Assembly (NCBI GenBank): GCA_963665235.2
Contig: CAXXLX010000001.1
Span: 2,336,001-2,400,000 of the forward strand
DNA: 64,000 bases
Source of the DNA: Candidatus Poribacteria bacterium
GTDB taxonomy: Bacteria > Poribacteria > WGA-4E > WGA-3G
Direction: 5' to 3'
Both the position numbers and the translations under genes were made by a program. The notes beneath the pieces were generated by a model, which did no database searches, had not been told where the DNA came from, and saw only the letters and a list, made by a program, of their open reading frames with translations. Position 1 is the first letter of the stretch, and every line of letters starts with the position of its first letter. This document shows, one piece after another, positions 19,078 to 27,739 of the stretch.

Positions 19078-19227
19078 CGTGAGCTTGATAATAAATATCC
19101 GTTTGCTCTAAACCTTTTTCACCGCGAAAAAAGCGGTATAATTGTAGCATAAACTTCCTAGTTTGTGCTGTTTTTTGCTAAAACTACCAGAGAACGCTCT
19201 AGGTCAAAACTTTTTTCAAACTCGCGT
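19077..19227 (+). mobile_element. MITE family B, copy 1 (151 bp), carrying a REP hairpin
   Basis: TIRs ACGTGAGCTTGA / TCAAACTCGCGT; imperfect TSD TGCATA/TGCCTA; internal GTAGCATAAACTTCCTAGTTTGTGC; homologous to 48625-48823. Confidence 0.8.
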
Positions 19228-19252
19228 TGCCTAGATAGAAAGGAGTAAAAAA

Positions 19253-19738
19253 ATGAAACTTGGTGTTATGTCCGACAGTCACGATAATATTCCAAACATC
19301 AAACGTGCCGTCGCGCTTTTCAACGAAATCGGCGTGGATTTGGTAGTGCATGCAGGCGATTTTATCGCTCCGTTTGCGATTGACCCGTTGGCAGATTTGA
19401 ACTGCCGCGTTGTCGCTGTTTTTGGCAACAACGATGGCGAACGTGTTGTCGTTGCGAAACGGTTTGAAACCATAGGGGGTGAGGTGCATCCCAACTTGGC
19501 AAGTGCTTCTCTCGGCGACAGAAACATCGCTGTGATGCACTATCCTGAACTCGCCATCCCAATTGCTAAAAGTGGGGATTACGACATTGTTGTCTATGGG
19601 CACACGCATAAGATAGACATCCGTAAGGAAAAATCGCTCCTGCTGAATCCTGGCGAGACAGGCGGGTGGACAACGGGTGAAGCGACAGTTGCCGTTGTGG
19701 ATATGGAGACGCTTGAAGCGACAATTCATACGTTTTGA
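19253..19738 (+). CDS. Metallophosphoesterase (YfcE/MJ0936 family)
   Basis: SDSH, HAGD, GNND, YGHTH, NPGE. Confidence 0.93.
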   Translation: MKLGVMSDSHDNIPNIKRAVALFNEIGVDLVVHAGDFIAPFAIDPLADLNCRVVAVFGNNDGERVVVAKRFETIGGEVHPNLASASLGDRNIAVMHYPELAIPIAKSGDYDIVVYGHTHKIDIRKEKSLLLNPGETGGWTTGEATVAVVDMETLEATIHTF

Positions 19739-19758
19739 TGGATATTCCTCAAATTATA

Positions 19759-19900
19759 ACGCAAGTTGCCACATAGTAGCATAAACTTCCTAGTTTGTGC
19801 CATAAGGGCGCGAACTAGGAAGTTCACGGTACAATTAACAGCAGTTTTTGACTAAAAGCGGCGTTCCCAAGTCTAAAAATTTATAGGTGGCAACTTAGGT
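19759..19900 (-). mobile_element. MITE family A, copy 2 (inverted)
   Basis: Near-identical reverse complement of 7323-7464; 7-bp TSD AATTATA (19752-19758, 19901-19907). Confidence 0.92.
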
Positions 19901-19916
19901 AATTATAGGAGAATTA

Positions 19917-20765
19917 ATGGGCATAAGAACAACACACCAGGAACGGCAGTTTAAACTGACACCTGAAGAACTTTCATCTTGGGAAGAGAACGGATACTTT
20001 GTCCGTTACGGTGTTTTCACCGAAGAGGAAAACGACATTTTAGCGCAAATCGCTGATGACATCGCCATCGGAAAACGAACCTTTCCAGAATATCATATCT
20101 TTGAAAATGCTTTAGTCAGAGATGGGAAAATCGAAGCACATGGCATCCACGCGATGCACAATATTCAATATGTGAGTTGCAATTGCGAAGAATTCCTGGA
20201 GCGCACACGCGACCCACGGCTAACCGACCCTGCTGTTGACATCCTCGGGCCAGATATCCTTGGTCTCAACAATCTGTATATTTGGAAACCGCCAAAAATT
20301 GGCTTAGGTTTTCCGTGGCATCAAGACAAATGGTACTTTAATCATCAGTATAAAACCGGAACGACAGTTGCAACATGGACAGCGATTGATGATGCAGATA
20401 AAGAGAACGGGTGTTTACATGTCATCCCCGGCAGTCATAAATATGGCGTTCGTGAGCATAAGGCACTTGAGGGTTCACAACAGGGGGAGTTTAAACAAGC
20501 AGAAGGGGCGCGCGATGAAGATGGTGTCCCGGTAGAGGTCCCTGCTGGAGCGGTTATCTGGTTCAATAGTCAAGTCCTTCATAAAAGCACGGATAACCAC
20601 AGTAATCGTTTCCGCCGTGCTAATATAGCACACTATATCAGTGCCAAAGCAGAATGGACACGTCCTGAGGCTGTCAATAAAAAACGACCGCCCATGTGGA
20701 TTCGGGGTGAAACCTACCCCGGTATGGCGGATGAAGTCCAACGGGACGTTATAGGCATTCTATAA
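19917..20765 (+). CDS. Phytanoyl-CoA dioxygenase (PhyH) family protein
   Basis: PWHQD, WTAIDDADKENGCLHVIPGSH, LHKS..N.S..FRR. Confidence 0.93.
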   Translation: MGIRTTHQERQFKLTPEELSSWEENGYFVRYGVFTEEENDILAQIADDIAIGKRTFPEYHIFENALVRDGKIEAHGIHAMHNIQYVSCNCEEFLERTRDPRLTDPAVDILGPDILGLNNLYIWKPPKIGLGFPWHQDKWYFNHQYKTGTTVATWTAIDDADKENGCLHVIPGSHKYGVREHKALEGSQQGEFKQAEGARDEDGVPVEVPAGAVIWFNSQVLHKSTDNHSNRFRRANIAHYISAKAEWTRPEAVNKKRPPMWIRGETYPGMADEVQRDVIGIL

Positions 20766-20829
20766 TCCGATTAACGACTAACGAAAGGGCATTATCATCA
20801 AAAAGCTACGACTTACTCCCATCTATCTC

Positions 20830-21846
20830 TTGCTTCTTTTGCTTCTGTCATCGTCCAGTGCAAATGTGCCTTCCCGATACTTGAAGCAATCCACCGAATG
20901 GTTTCAGAGCGCGGAAGGTCGCCGTATTGCCGACAACGTCCTCAGTTGGCAGACACCGCACGGCGGTTGGCCCAAGGGTAGAGACACGGCATCTGAGCCG
21001 TTTGATGGTAAAAGTGAGGATTTGCATGCAACGTTCGACAACGGTGCGACCATTGATGAACTAAGGTTGCTTGCCCGTGCGTTTCGGGCGACAAACGAGC
21101 CGCGCTACCAACAAGCCTTTCTCAAAGGTCTTTCTCATATCCTTGAAGCACAATACCCGAATGGCGGGTGGCCTCAGTTTTATCCGCTAAGCAAAAACTA
21201 CCATCGTCACATAACGTTTAATGACAATGTTATGGCCCGCATTCTCGGACTTCTTCGAGATGTCTCTGAATCGTCCGACTATCAGTTCCTGAAAACGGAG
21301 GTCCGCGCTAAGGTTGCAGCTGCTGTAACCAAGGGCATCGACTGCATCCTGCTCACACAGATTAAACAGGAGGGTAAACTCACTGCCTGGTGTGCACAAC
21401 ATGACGAAAAGACGTTTGAACCTGCATGGGCGCGTTCCTATGAGCCGCCATCTATCTCAGGTGCTGAAAGCGTTGGGGTTGTGCGTTTCCTGATGTCAGT
21501 AAAAGAGCCCACACCGGCAATCATCGCTGCTGTCGAGGGGGCCGTTGCATGGTTCAGGAGTGTCGCTATCTACGGCATGCGTTTCGACAGGTTCACCGAC
21601 GCAGCGGGACGAAACGATACGCGGGTCGTGGCGGATGCTGACGCAGGCCCGATCTGGGCGCGTTTCTACGAGCTCGGCAGCAACCGTCCAATTTTTCTGG
21701 ACCGAGACTCGGTCGTCCGCTACTCGCTCTCCGAGATTGGGCAGGAACGCCGCGGCGGATACGCCTACTACGGGAGTTGGGCCACCAGGTTAATCAGAGA
21801 TGAGTACCCACGGTGGCAGGAAAAACACAAGCTCCTGAAGGAGTGA
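20830..21846 (+). CDS. Pectate lyase, PL10 (PelA/Pel-15E)
   Basis: GGWPK, TFDNGAT, QYPNGGWPQFYP, ITFNDN, WCAQHD, ARSYE, WARFYE, ERRGGYAYY. Start codon uncertain. Confidence 0.92.
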   Translation: MLLLLLSSSSANVPSRYLKQSTEWFQSAEGRRIADNVLSWQTPHGGWPKGRDTASEPFDGKSEDLHATFDNGATIDELRLLARAFRATNEPRYQQAFLKGLSHILEAQYPNGGWPQFYPLSKNYHRHITFNDNVMARILGLLRDVSESSDYQFLKTEVRAKVAAAVTKGIDCILLTQIKQEGKLTAWCAQHDEKTFEPAWARSYEPPSISGAESVGVVRFLMSVKEPTPAIIAAVEGAVAWFRSVAIYGMRFDRFTDAAGRNDTRVVADADAGPIWARFYELGSNRPIFLDRDSVVRYSLSEIGQERRGGYAYYGSWATRLIRDEYPRWQEKHKLLKE

Positions 21847-21950
21847 CCGATTCAAGAAACCATTTATTGCCCGTCGCAGCCCTGGTTCTAGTAGCAAAAC
21901 CCATCGCGCATCACAACCCTATACAACCCGATGGGCTATGAATCGCCCTT

Positions 21951-22007
21951 GAGGAGCGGGAGACCGTTTGCCCGAATACTAAACGGGTGTACGAAAACTT
22001 TACGCAC
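21951..22007. repeat. Partial copy of the element at 54381-54502
   Basis: GAGGAGCGG...GTTTGCCCGAATACTA...AAACTTTACGCAC is shared with 54451-54501. Confidence 0.65.
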
Positions 22008-22500
22008 TATCCTTCAGAGCTTCCACGACGGCCATTAGTCTATCCCAATATTCGCTGTCCTCATCGGGCTCGGGGACTAACGTCATAACATTCATTGCCT
22101 CATAAGCTCTGTTACTACACTGTATCCAGAGTCTACCGTATTTTTCTTGGTCGGCTTTTGGTACTTCTTCCCACGGTCGCAAGATGATCCGTTCCCAGTG
22201 TGCTACCATTTCTGCTTGAAGGGATGGGTCTAACTTCCGGAACTCAAGTAGCGTTCCATGAGTCAACAGTATCCGGAGAACGGGAACCTGCTTCGGGTCT
22301 GGATATAATTTGTCGAGTGGCACTGCCTTGTCAGCAAAATCAATCTGGACGGCTGCAAAGGTGTATGCACAGCGTGCATTCACATCCACCGCTGCAAATC
22401 TCATGAGATTGTCAGTCAGGACAAGGAGTTCCAGTCTTAAAGCTTCAAGGATATAAACATCTTCTGGAATTTCTCCAATATTTTCTGGTGTCATAATCAA
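22000..22500 (-). CDS. Hypothetical acidic protein
   Basis: 166-aa ORF with AAGGAG upstream; no recognised motif. Confidence 0.7.
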   Translation of the reverse strand: MIMTPENIGEIPEDVYILEALRLELLVLTDNLMRFAAVDVNARCAYTFAAVQIDFADKAVPLDKLYPDPKQVPVLRILLTHGTLLEFRKLDPSLQAEMVAHWERIILRPWEEVPKADQEKYGRLWIQCSNRAYEAMNVMTLVPEPDEDSEYWDRLMAVVEALKDSA

Positions 22501-22555
22501 AGTTTCTCCTTTTGCGGCATTTCATCGCGGTTATGGTAAAATCAAGCGTAGTACA

Positions 22556-23821
22556 CTACTCAATATACCCTAAATTCCGTAATCTACCCTCCAAAATCTC
22601 TTTCTCCTCGGGTGTGGAGGTTTGTGCTTGGAGGTGTTGGTAATTAGAATTCATCAAAATTTCGTCGTAAGCATCTCGGAACCTGTCCGGTGTTTCGCAC
22701 GGTACATCTTCGCCTTGCATAATGTGCCGGTAAACATATTCGCCTGTCTGTTCATCTTCACGATAGAGATATTCCCCATCTGTCAGTGACCAGAGGCGCA
22801 CACCTCCCGAATAGCGTGCAATCTCAACGTTGTCCACTGTGGTTCGCGAAGTCACGCGATGATGCGGCATCTCCAAGTTGTTTTTACTGAGAAACCCGGT
22901 GCCGTAGAGACTATCCAACTCCGATAATACCAAACGGTTATCCTCAATTTCGGATGGCACTAATAGGTTTTGTCCGTACCCCTGATAGTCGGTTTCAATA
23001 CCAGCCAGGTTCGTAATCGTGGGAAACAGATCGATGGCTGAAATCGGTGCGTTTGGAAACGTTAATGTTTCCACACCGGGAATATGTGCTAACAGCGGTA
23101 CGTGTAGCACATTTTGATTGAGCGTGCTGCCATGGTCGGTAATTTCCTCACAAATTCCCTCGCCGTGGTCCCCGAAGATAAAGACTGCCCAGTCTGACAA
23201 GCGGAGCTGTTTCAGAATTTCAACGAGTTTGAACTCAAGAACGTGTGTAACAGCAGCATAGTAAAACCGCAGTGCTTCATCTATTCTTCCCTTGTCAACA
23301 AGTGATTTGAGGCTCGGCGCGCCCGGAATTCCGCTCATTCCGTAACCGCCATGTGTATACCAGAAGTGCAAAAAACAGAATTGCGGGGTTTCCGAAGACT
23401 GCTTGAGATGCTGCATCAGGTCTTCAAGCGAACCGAGATGTTGCGCTGCTGCGTTCGGGTCTACGGGTGTAATAAACGGCTCAAAATCAAGGAATCGGAA
23501 CACCTCCGGGCGTTCGGAACGTCCGGTGATATGATACCCCGCATCGGCAAAGAGTTGAAATAGATTTGGAATGCCTTTGAACATCTTAAGATATGTCTGT
23601 CCGTAGACCCCATGTTCAAACGGATAGAGTCCCGTAAAATAGGAGGTATGAGAGGGACGGGTTGCCGGTGCGGGCACGAAAAACTTTTCTGCAAGCGAGA
23701 AATCCCGCGTCAACAGGTCGAATTTCGGGGTGTTGAAAAGCGGATTGGTCCGGCTGAGCGCATCAAACCGCCAACAGTCGATTGAGATGAGAAGAAATTT
23801 ATTAACACCGTTGGTTTCCAT
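22556..23821 (-). CDS. Sulfatase-like / alkaline phosphatase superfamily protein
   Basis: LISIDCWRFD, PAPATRPSHTS.FTGLYP..HG, FGDHGE, HVPL, C-terminal RLRNLGYIE. Confidence 0.88.
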   Translation of the reverse strand: METNGVNKFLLISIDCWRFDALSRTNPLFNTPKFDLLTRDFSLAEKFFVPAPATRPSHTSYFTGLYPFEHGVYGQTYLKMFKGIPNLFQLFADAGYHITGRSERPEVFRFLDFEPFITPVDPNAAAQHLGSLEDLMQHLKQSSETPQFCFLHFWYTHGGYGMSGIPGAPSLKSLVDKGRIDEALRFYYAAVTHVLEFKLVEILKQLRLSDWAVFIFGDHGEGICEEITDHGSTLNQNVLHVPLLAHIPGVETLTFPNAPISAIDLFPTITNLAGIETDYQGYGQNLLVPSEIEDNRLVLSELDSLYGTGFLSKNNLEMPHHRVTSRTTVDNVEIARYSGGVRLWSLTDGEYLYREDEQTGEYVYRHIMQGEDVPCETPDRFRDAYDEILMNSNYQHLQAQTSTPEEKEILEGRLRNLGYIE

Positions 23822-23824
23822 TTT

Positions 23825-25177
23825 TTAATCCATTAACCTTGCATTGTATTGCCGCTCGGTATGCTGATAACTGCCAAACTGCTCAGGCTGAAAAGGCGTA
23901 GGGGTATAGATATAGACAGCATCACTATAAGGGTCGTAGAGGATAACCTCTTCGCGTGCATCGCCACAGACATCGGCGGGAAAGCAGTGATACCATCCCA
24001 TTTTACCTCCGGTCGGTGGGGGCAGGTCGGGAAATGTTACCGTTCTGTTTCCTGTGCCATCGTAAAGTGCAGCGGGGCTGTAAATCAGTTCAGGCTGGTC
24101 TATGCCGTGCCAACGAATTACCTCTAAACCTGTGTTGTTCGGGGTTTCATCAACTTTAAAACGGCTTTGGATTTGTCCAGCATTGTCAACCACTATCAGG
24201 TCCGGATGATGTCCGTTATAGCGGATAACTAAGTTCGGTGACATATCTGTAAGCAGGTTGCCACATCTTATTTCTTGTCCGTGCGGTACGATGTCGAAAC
24301 CAAGCGCGAGAATCGGATTCCCCGCTGCGTCTAAGACCTGTCCGCCGCCTGAGAGGATAGCCCGCTTTTCCCCATCCCACGCTTCAACTAGAACAGAGTC
24401 CATGTTGTCGCCGAGGTATTTATTCCAGAGGACTGTGCCATCAGCCGCCAGTCCAAAATTGCCGCCATTGACTTCATCCAGTCCATCCGCGTTGAAATCC
24501 CCGACTGCGGGGATATATGCGGAGTGTTTTGGATACCGAAACCACTTATCGGTGTACTGCCAGAGTAGTTCAAGTTTATGATTAAATGCGAGCACATCCA
24601 CGCCGACCTTCACTACGAAATCTTGGGGTTGATCATTTCCGCAGAGATTGGCAATCATCAACCGCTGGTGGACATAATTTGGGATATGCCGTTCACCTGC
24701 TACGTAGGCACTACACTGCCGAAGCGTCTCGGACACGCTAGTGTGTTTAATGTCCCCAGTCGCGCCATCCAAAATCATCAAGCGAATTTCGGATAAATTC
24801 CATCTGCTTGCTTCTGTCGAATCTGCATCTATCCAGAAACAGATAACTTCCGCCTGTCCATCCGCGTCGATATCGTAAATTGCGACGGGGCCAGGTCGTT
24901 CAGGAGAGAGTGTTGTTAAGGCAGCGTTTTCTTCGTCTACGTCAGGCATTTCAAGCAGTTTATCGCCTAGCGACCAAAGCGGTTCACCTTCGATGGTAAA
25001 CGCTCCGAGGAAACAGGGATGGATGCCGCCGAGCGACTTGTATACCAAAAAATCGACGGTACCGTCTCCTGTCAAATCGCCGGTACGGATATCGCCACCC
25101 CAGGAGCGGCCCGCCGTTTGATTGAGAAATGCATCTGGAATTGCTATGCGTTTGTAGAGATGCGCGGTTTGTGGCAT
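23825..25177 (-). CDS. FG-GAP/rhamnogalacturonan lyase (PL11)-like beta-propeller
   Basis: Repeated DxxGDG..D/E motifs (GDLTGDGTVD, YDIDADGQAE, GDFNADGLDE, ADVCGDAREEVI). Confidence 0.7.
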   Translation of the reverse strand: MPQTAHLYKRIAIPDAFLNQTAGRSWGGDIRTGDLTGDGTVDFLVYKSLGGIHPCFLGAFTIEGEPLWSLGDKLLEMPDVDEENAALTTLSPERPGPVAIYDIDADGQAEVICFWIDADSTEASRWNLSEIRLMILDGATGDIKHTSVSETLRQCSAYVAGERHIPNYVHQRLMIANLCGNDQPQDFVVKVGVDVLAFNHKLELLWQYTDKWFRYPKHSAYIPAVGDFNADGLDEVNGGNFGLAADGTVLWNKYLGDNMDSVLVEAWDGEKRAILSGGGQVLDAAGNPILALGFDIVPHGQEIRCGNLLTDMSPNLVIRYNGHHPDLIVVDNAGQIQSRFKVDETPNNTGLEVIRWHGIDQPELIYSPAALYDGTGNRTVTFPDLPPPTGGKMGWYHCFPADVCGDAREEVILYDPYSDAVYIYTPTPFQPEQFGSYQHTERQYNARLMD

Positions 25178-25269
25178 ATTCGCTTACTCAAGTTAAGAAG
25201 GTTTAGTATAGGTAACCGATGTTGTGATTAGCGTTTCACCAAATTGCTATGTATGAATAATTGTCCGCT

Positions 25270-26379
25270 TTACTCCATTAGATTCTTAATGCTTACTGAA
25301 ACCGCTTTGAAAACTACCCGATATGCCGGTATAAACGACCTTAACGCTCCCCACTGCATAGGTCTTTTGCCTGCCGGGGACACCGCCCGCGCACTATCGC
25401 TTACCCAGTCTAGGGTATGGTCAATGCCCAAATGCTCTGTCAAGCGCGTCGTTTTACCGGTAGCAAGATGATACTTATAGATATTTGTAGGCGGTTCCTC
25501 TATATCTGGCGGTGCGTTCAACTTTACCTTATTCCCACTGAAAACTACCGATTCACCATTCTCCATCCAGTCAATACCCCGCAGGTCCCAATCCTTCGGT
25601 ATAAGCAACGATTGAACGTGCTCCCCTTTCGCGTTGCAAACTCGATAACGGTACGCCCGCCGAATAAGGGCGAGTTCGTGTGGGGGCCAAGGCTCCCAGG
25701 TATACTCTGTTTGTATATAAACAATGCGTTTTCCATTCGGGGACCAACGCGGATACCACCTGTGAATCACCAACGCCCCCGGCAAGGGTTCCGGTTGCGC
25801 TGGTATTAGAGGTCGTAGATTACTACCATCGGCTCCTATAATATAGAGGGTCCCCCCGGCCCCGCCAGCGGCACTACTAGTTGAAAATACAATATGTTTG
25901 CCATCCGGTGACCAATCGGGCATGGTTACGACAATATCCTCGATAAGTTTTGTTATCTGACCGCTCTCAATATCTATCACCAAGAGACTATGTCTCGCTT
26001 TGTTGTTTACCCTTTCTGTCCGGTGAAATAGGATAGACTTTCCATCCGGTGAAAATGGCCCCGGCGAATCAGTAGCTTCTCCAACCAGTGTTGTAAGCTG
26101 CCGGATACTTGTGCCATCCGCCTTTATCAGGAAGAGACGGCTTCTTTTATTCCGCTTATCCGTTTGTCTCGAAAACACAATATACTTGCCATCCGGAGAC
26201 CATCTTGGTATAGCAGGATGCAACATATCGGTCAGTAGTTTGACGTTGCCACCATCATCGTCCATGACATAGATGCCATCTACACCCTCACGGGTCGAGT
26301 CAAAAACGATTTTGGCACTTGCCTCCATTGCAAAGAAGAGGAAAAGGAGGACACTGAGGCTCGCTATTAGTAGACGCAT
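25270..26379 (-). CDS. Secreted TolB-like PD40-repeat protein
   Basis: Signal peptide; P.WSPDG repeats; C-terminal AVSPAGKRPMQWGALR. Confidence 0.88.
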   Translation of the reverse strand: MRLLIASLSVLLFLFFAMEASAKIVFDSTREGVDGIYVMDDDGGNVKLLTDMLHPAIPRWSPDGKYIVFSRQTDKRNKRSRLFLIKADGTSIRQLTTLVGEATDSPGPFSPDGKSILFHRTERVNNKARHSLLVIDIESGQITKLIEDIVVTMPDWSPDGKHIVFSTSSAAGGAGGTLYIIGADGSNLRPLIPAQPEPLPGALVIHRWYPRWSPNGKRIVYIQTEYTWEPWPPHELALIRRAYRYRVCNAKGEHVQSLLIPKDWDLRGIDWMENGESVVFSGNKVKLNAPPDIEEPPTNIYKYHLATGKTTRLTEHLGIDHTLDWVSDSARAVSPAGKRPMQWGALRSFIPAYRVVFKAVSVSIKNLME

Positions 26380-26510
26380 GGTTAATCTCCTTATCGTAAG
26401 AAAGGGGCTGAACGAAGTTTAAGAAAATAAATCAGTAATCTGCATAGTTAGGAAACCTACCTATCAGCGGGTACACGCGTATAATGCAGATAGGAAATTA
26501 CCGAATTAAT

Positions 26511-26607
26511 ATAGGACTTACGCAAATAGAACAGATTTTTTCGAGTTCTTGCAGAGGTCTACCCCCCCCTAACCCCCCGCAGGCGGAGAGGAATGCGTAA
26601 GTCCTAT
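26511..26607. mobile_element. MITE family F (97 bp)
   Basis: Perfect 14-bp TIRs ATAGGACTTACGCA / TGCGTAAGTCCTAT in an AT-rich flank; non-coding interior. Confidence 0.75.
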
Positions 26608-26621
26608 TAATAAATTAATCG

Positions 26622-27398
26622 TCATCGATTGTCTTCATGTGTAAATATTTCGTCATTTTCCACAAACCAATCCTCTGCTATGCCTTTCACAACAAGCCGA
26701 ACGTATGCATTGGAATCATATCTCTTACCTTTCTTAATCTTGCCGACGAAAATACGGAGTGAATCGGACTTAGGTCCGTAGATATGGTTGTTTTTTAGCA
26801 GTGGCTCTTCCAGTTGAAACTTTTCAACGGGCGGTTTACCCTTAATCGTATGTCTGAACTTCCCATGAGCTTTCCGATCGATAGCCGAACCGTTCGAGGC
26901 ATAGATAGAACAATCTATGGTAATATACACTCCATCATAGTATTGCCGATAGAGTATCGATTTCCCAGACACGCCAGATCTAGTTCCTTCATCTGTTATC
27001 GGGGTATAGACCGTTACATCGTAGGAAGCAGTCGCCCTGTGTAGGTTTGCCTCATCGTCATACTGCCATGCAACCGCTTTAATCGTATTTGTTTCACCTC
27101 TAATACTTTCGTTTAGGGTATAAGCACCACCGCCGAAAACGTTGTAGAAAATAGCATAATTCGTGTTCGCATTCACCATACTTGTATAGACAGGAACATC
27201 GTTAATATACCAGTCCACGTAGCTTAAGTCTTCATCCGTTCTGACATAAGCTTCGTGATACATACCAAAGTAATTATAGTGTTCATATCCGCCGTGGATA
27301 GGTCTGATCTCCACAATCTTAAATGCGGCCGCGATGCTCACAAAACTGAGCAAAACGAGGCAAATTGTAATTGTCACCAGAGTTTTTGTAAATCTCAT
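26622..27398 (-). CDS. Hypothetical secreted protein
   Basis: AAGGAG RBS, then the signal peptide MRFTKTLVTITICLVLLSFVSIAAA; beta-rich; lower GC. Confidence 0.75.
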   Translation of the reverse strand: MRFTKTLVTITICLVLLSFVSIAAAFKIVEIRPIHGGYEHYNYFGMYHEAYVRTDEDLSYVDWYINDVPVYTSMVNANTNYAIFYNVFGGGAYTLNESIRGETNTIKAVAWQYDDEANLHRATASYDVTVYTPITDEGTRSGVSGKSILYRQYYDGVYITIDCSIYASNGSAIDRKAHGKFRHTIKGKPPVEKFQLEEPLLKNNHIYGPKSDSLRIFVGKIKKGKRYDSNAYVRLVVKGIAEDWFVENDEIFTHEDNR

Positions 27399-27612
27399 TT
27401 TTCGTTCTCCTTTTGGCACCTACAGGGGGGCCAATATTATAAGAGGGTATTGACTAAATAATGATGCCCAGAAATGCAGCCCTCAACAGCATGGCATCAT
27501 AACGAATAAAATGATACCATATTTTGCTCAAAATATCAATAAAAAATATATGATTTTTGATTGACTAATATTTTGAAAGCGTTCATCCCCATCAAAAAAA
27601 CCATTTATTCTA

Positions 27613-27661
27613 CTTATCCGTTTGTCTCGAAAACACAATATCCCTGCCATCCGGAGACCAT
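27613..27661. repeat. 49-bp intergenic duplicate of coding sequence 26155-26203 from the PD40 gene
   Basis: CTTATCCGTTTGTCTCGAAAACACAATAT(CC/AC..)TGCCATCCGGAGACCAT, 47/49 identical. Confidence 0.85.
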
Positions 27662-27670
27662 TGCTGCTAA

Positions 27671-27717
27671 AAAAGCAAAATGCCCTCGGTAATACAAACC
27701 GGGGACATCTTGCTTTT
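27671..27717 (-). terminator. Intrinsic terminator (probably bidirectional)
   Basis: AAAAGCAAAATGCCCTCGGT...ACCGGGGACATCTTGCTTTT long hairpin with A/T tracts after the DUF1549 gene. Confidence 0.65.
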
Positions 27718-27739
27718 GTGATGTTAGTGTTTAAGCCAC

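Noticed and set aside
26430-26507. Additional MITE with AATTCGGTAAT-like ends
   Set aside because: The left end is degenerate, there is no TSD, and no second copy occurs in the window.
26155-27661. DGR template/variable repeat pair
   Set aside because: There are only two mismatches, not both at adenines of one copy on one strand. The repeat is short and there is no reverse transcriptase in the window.
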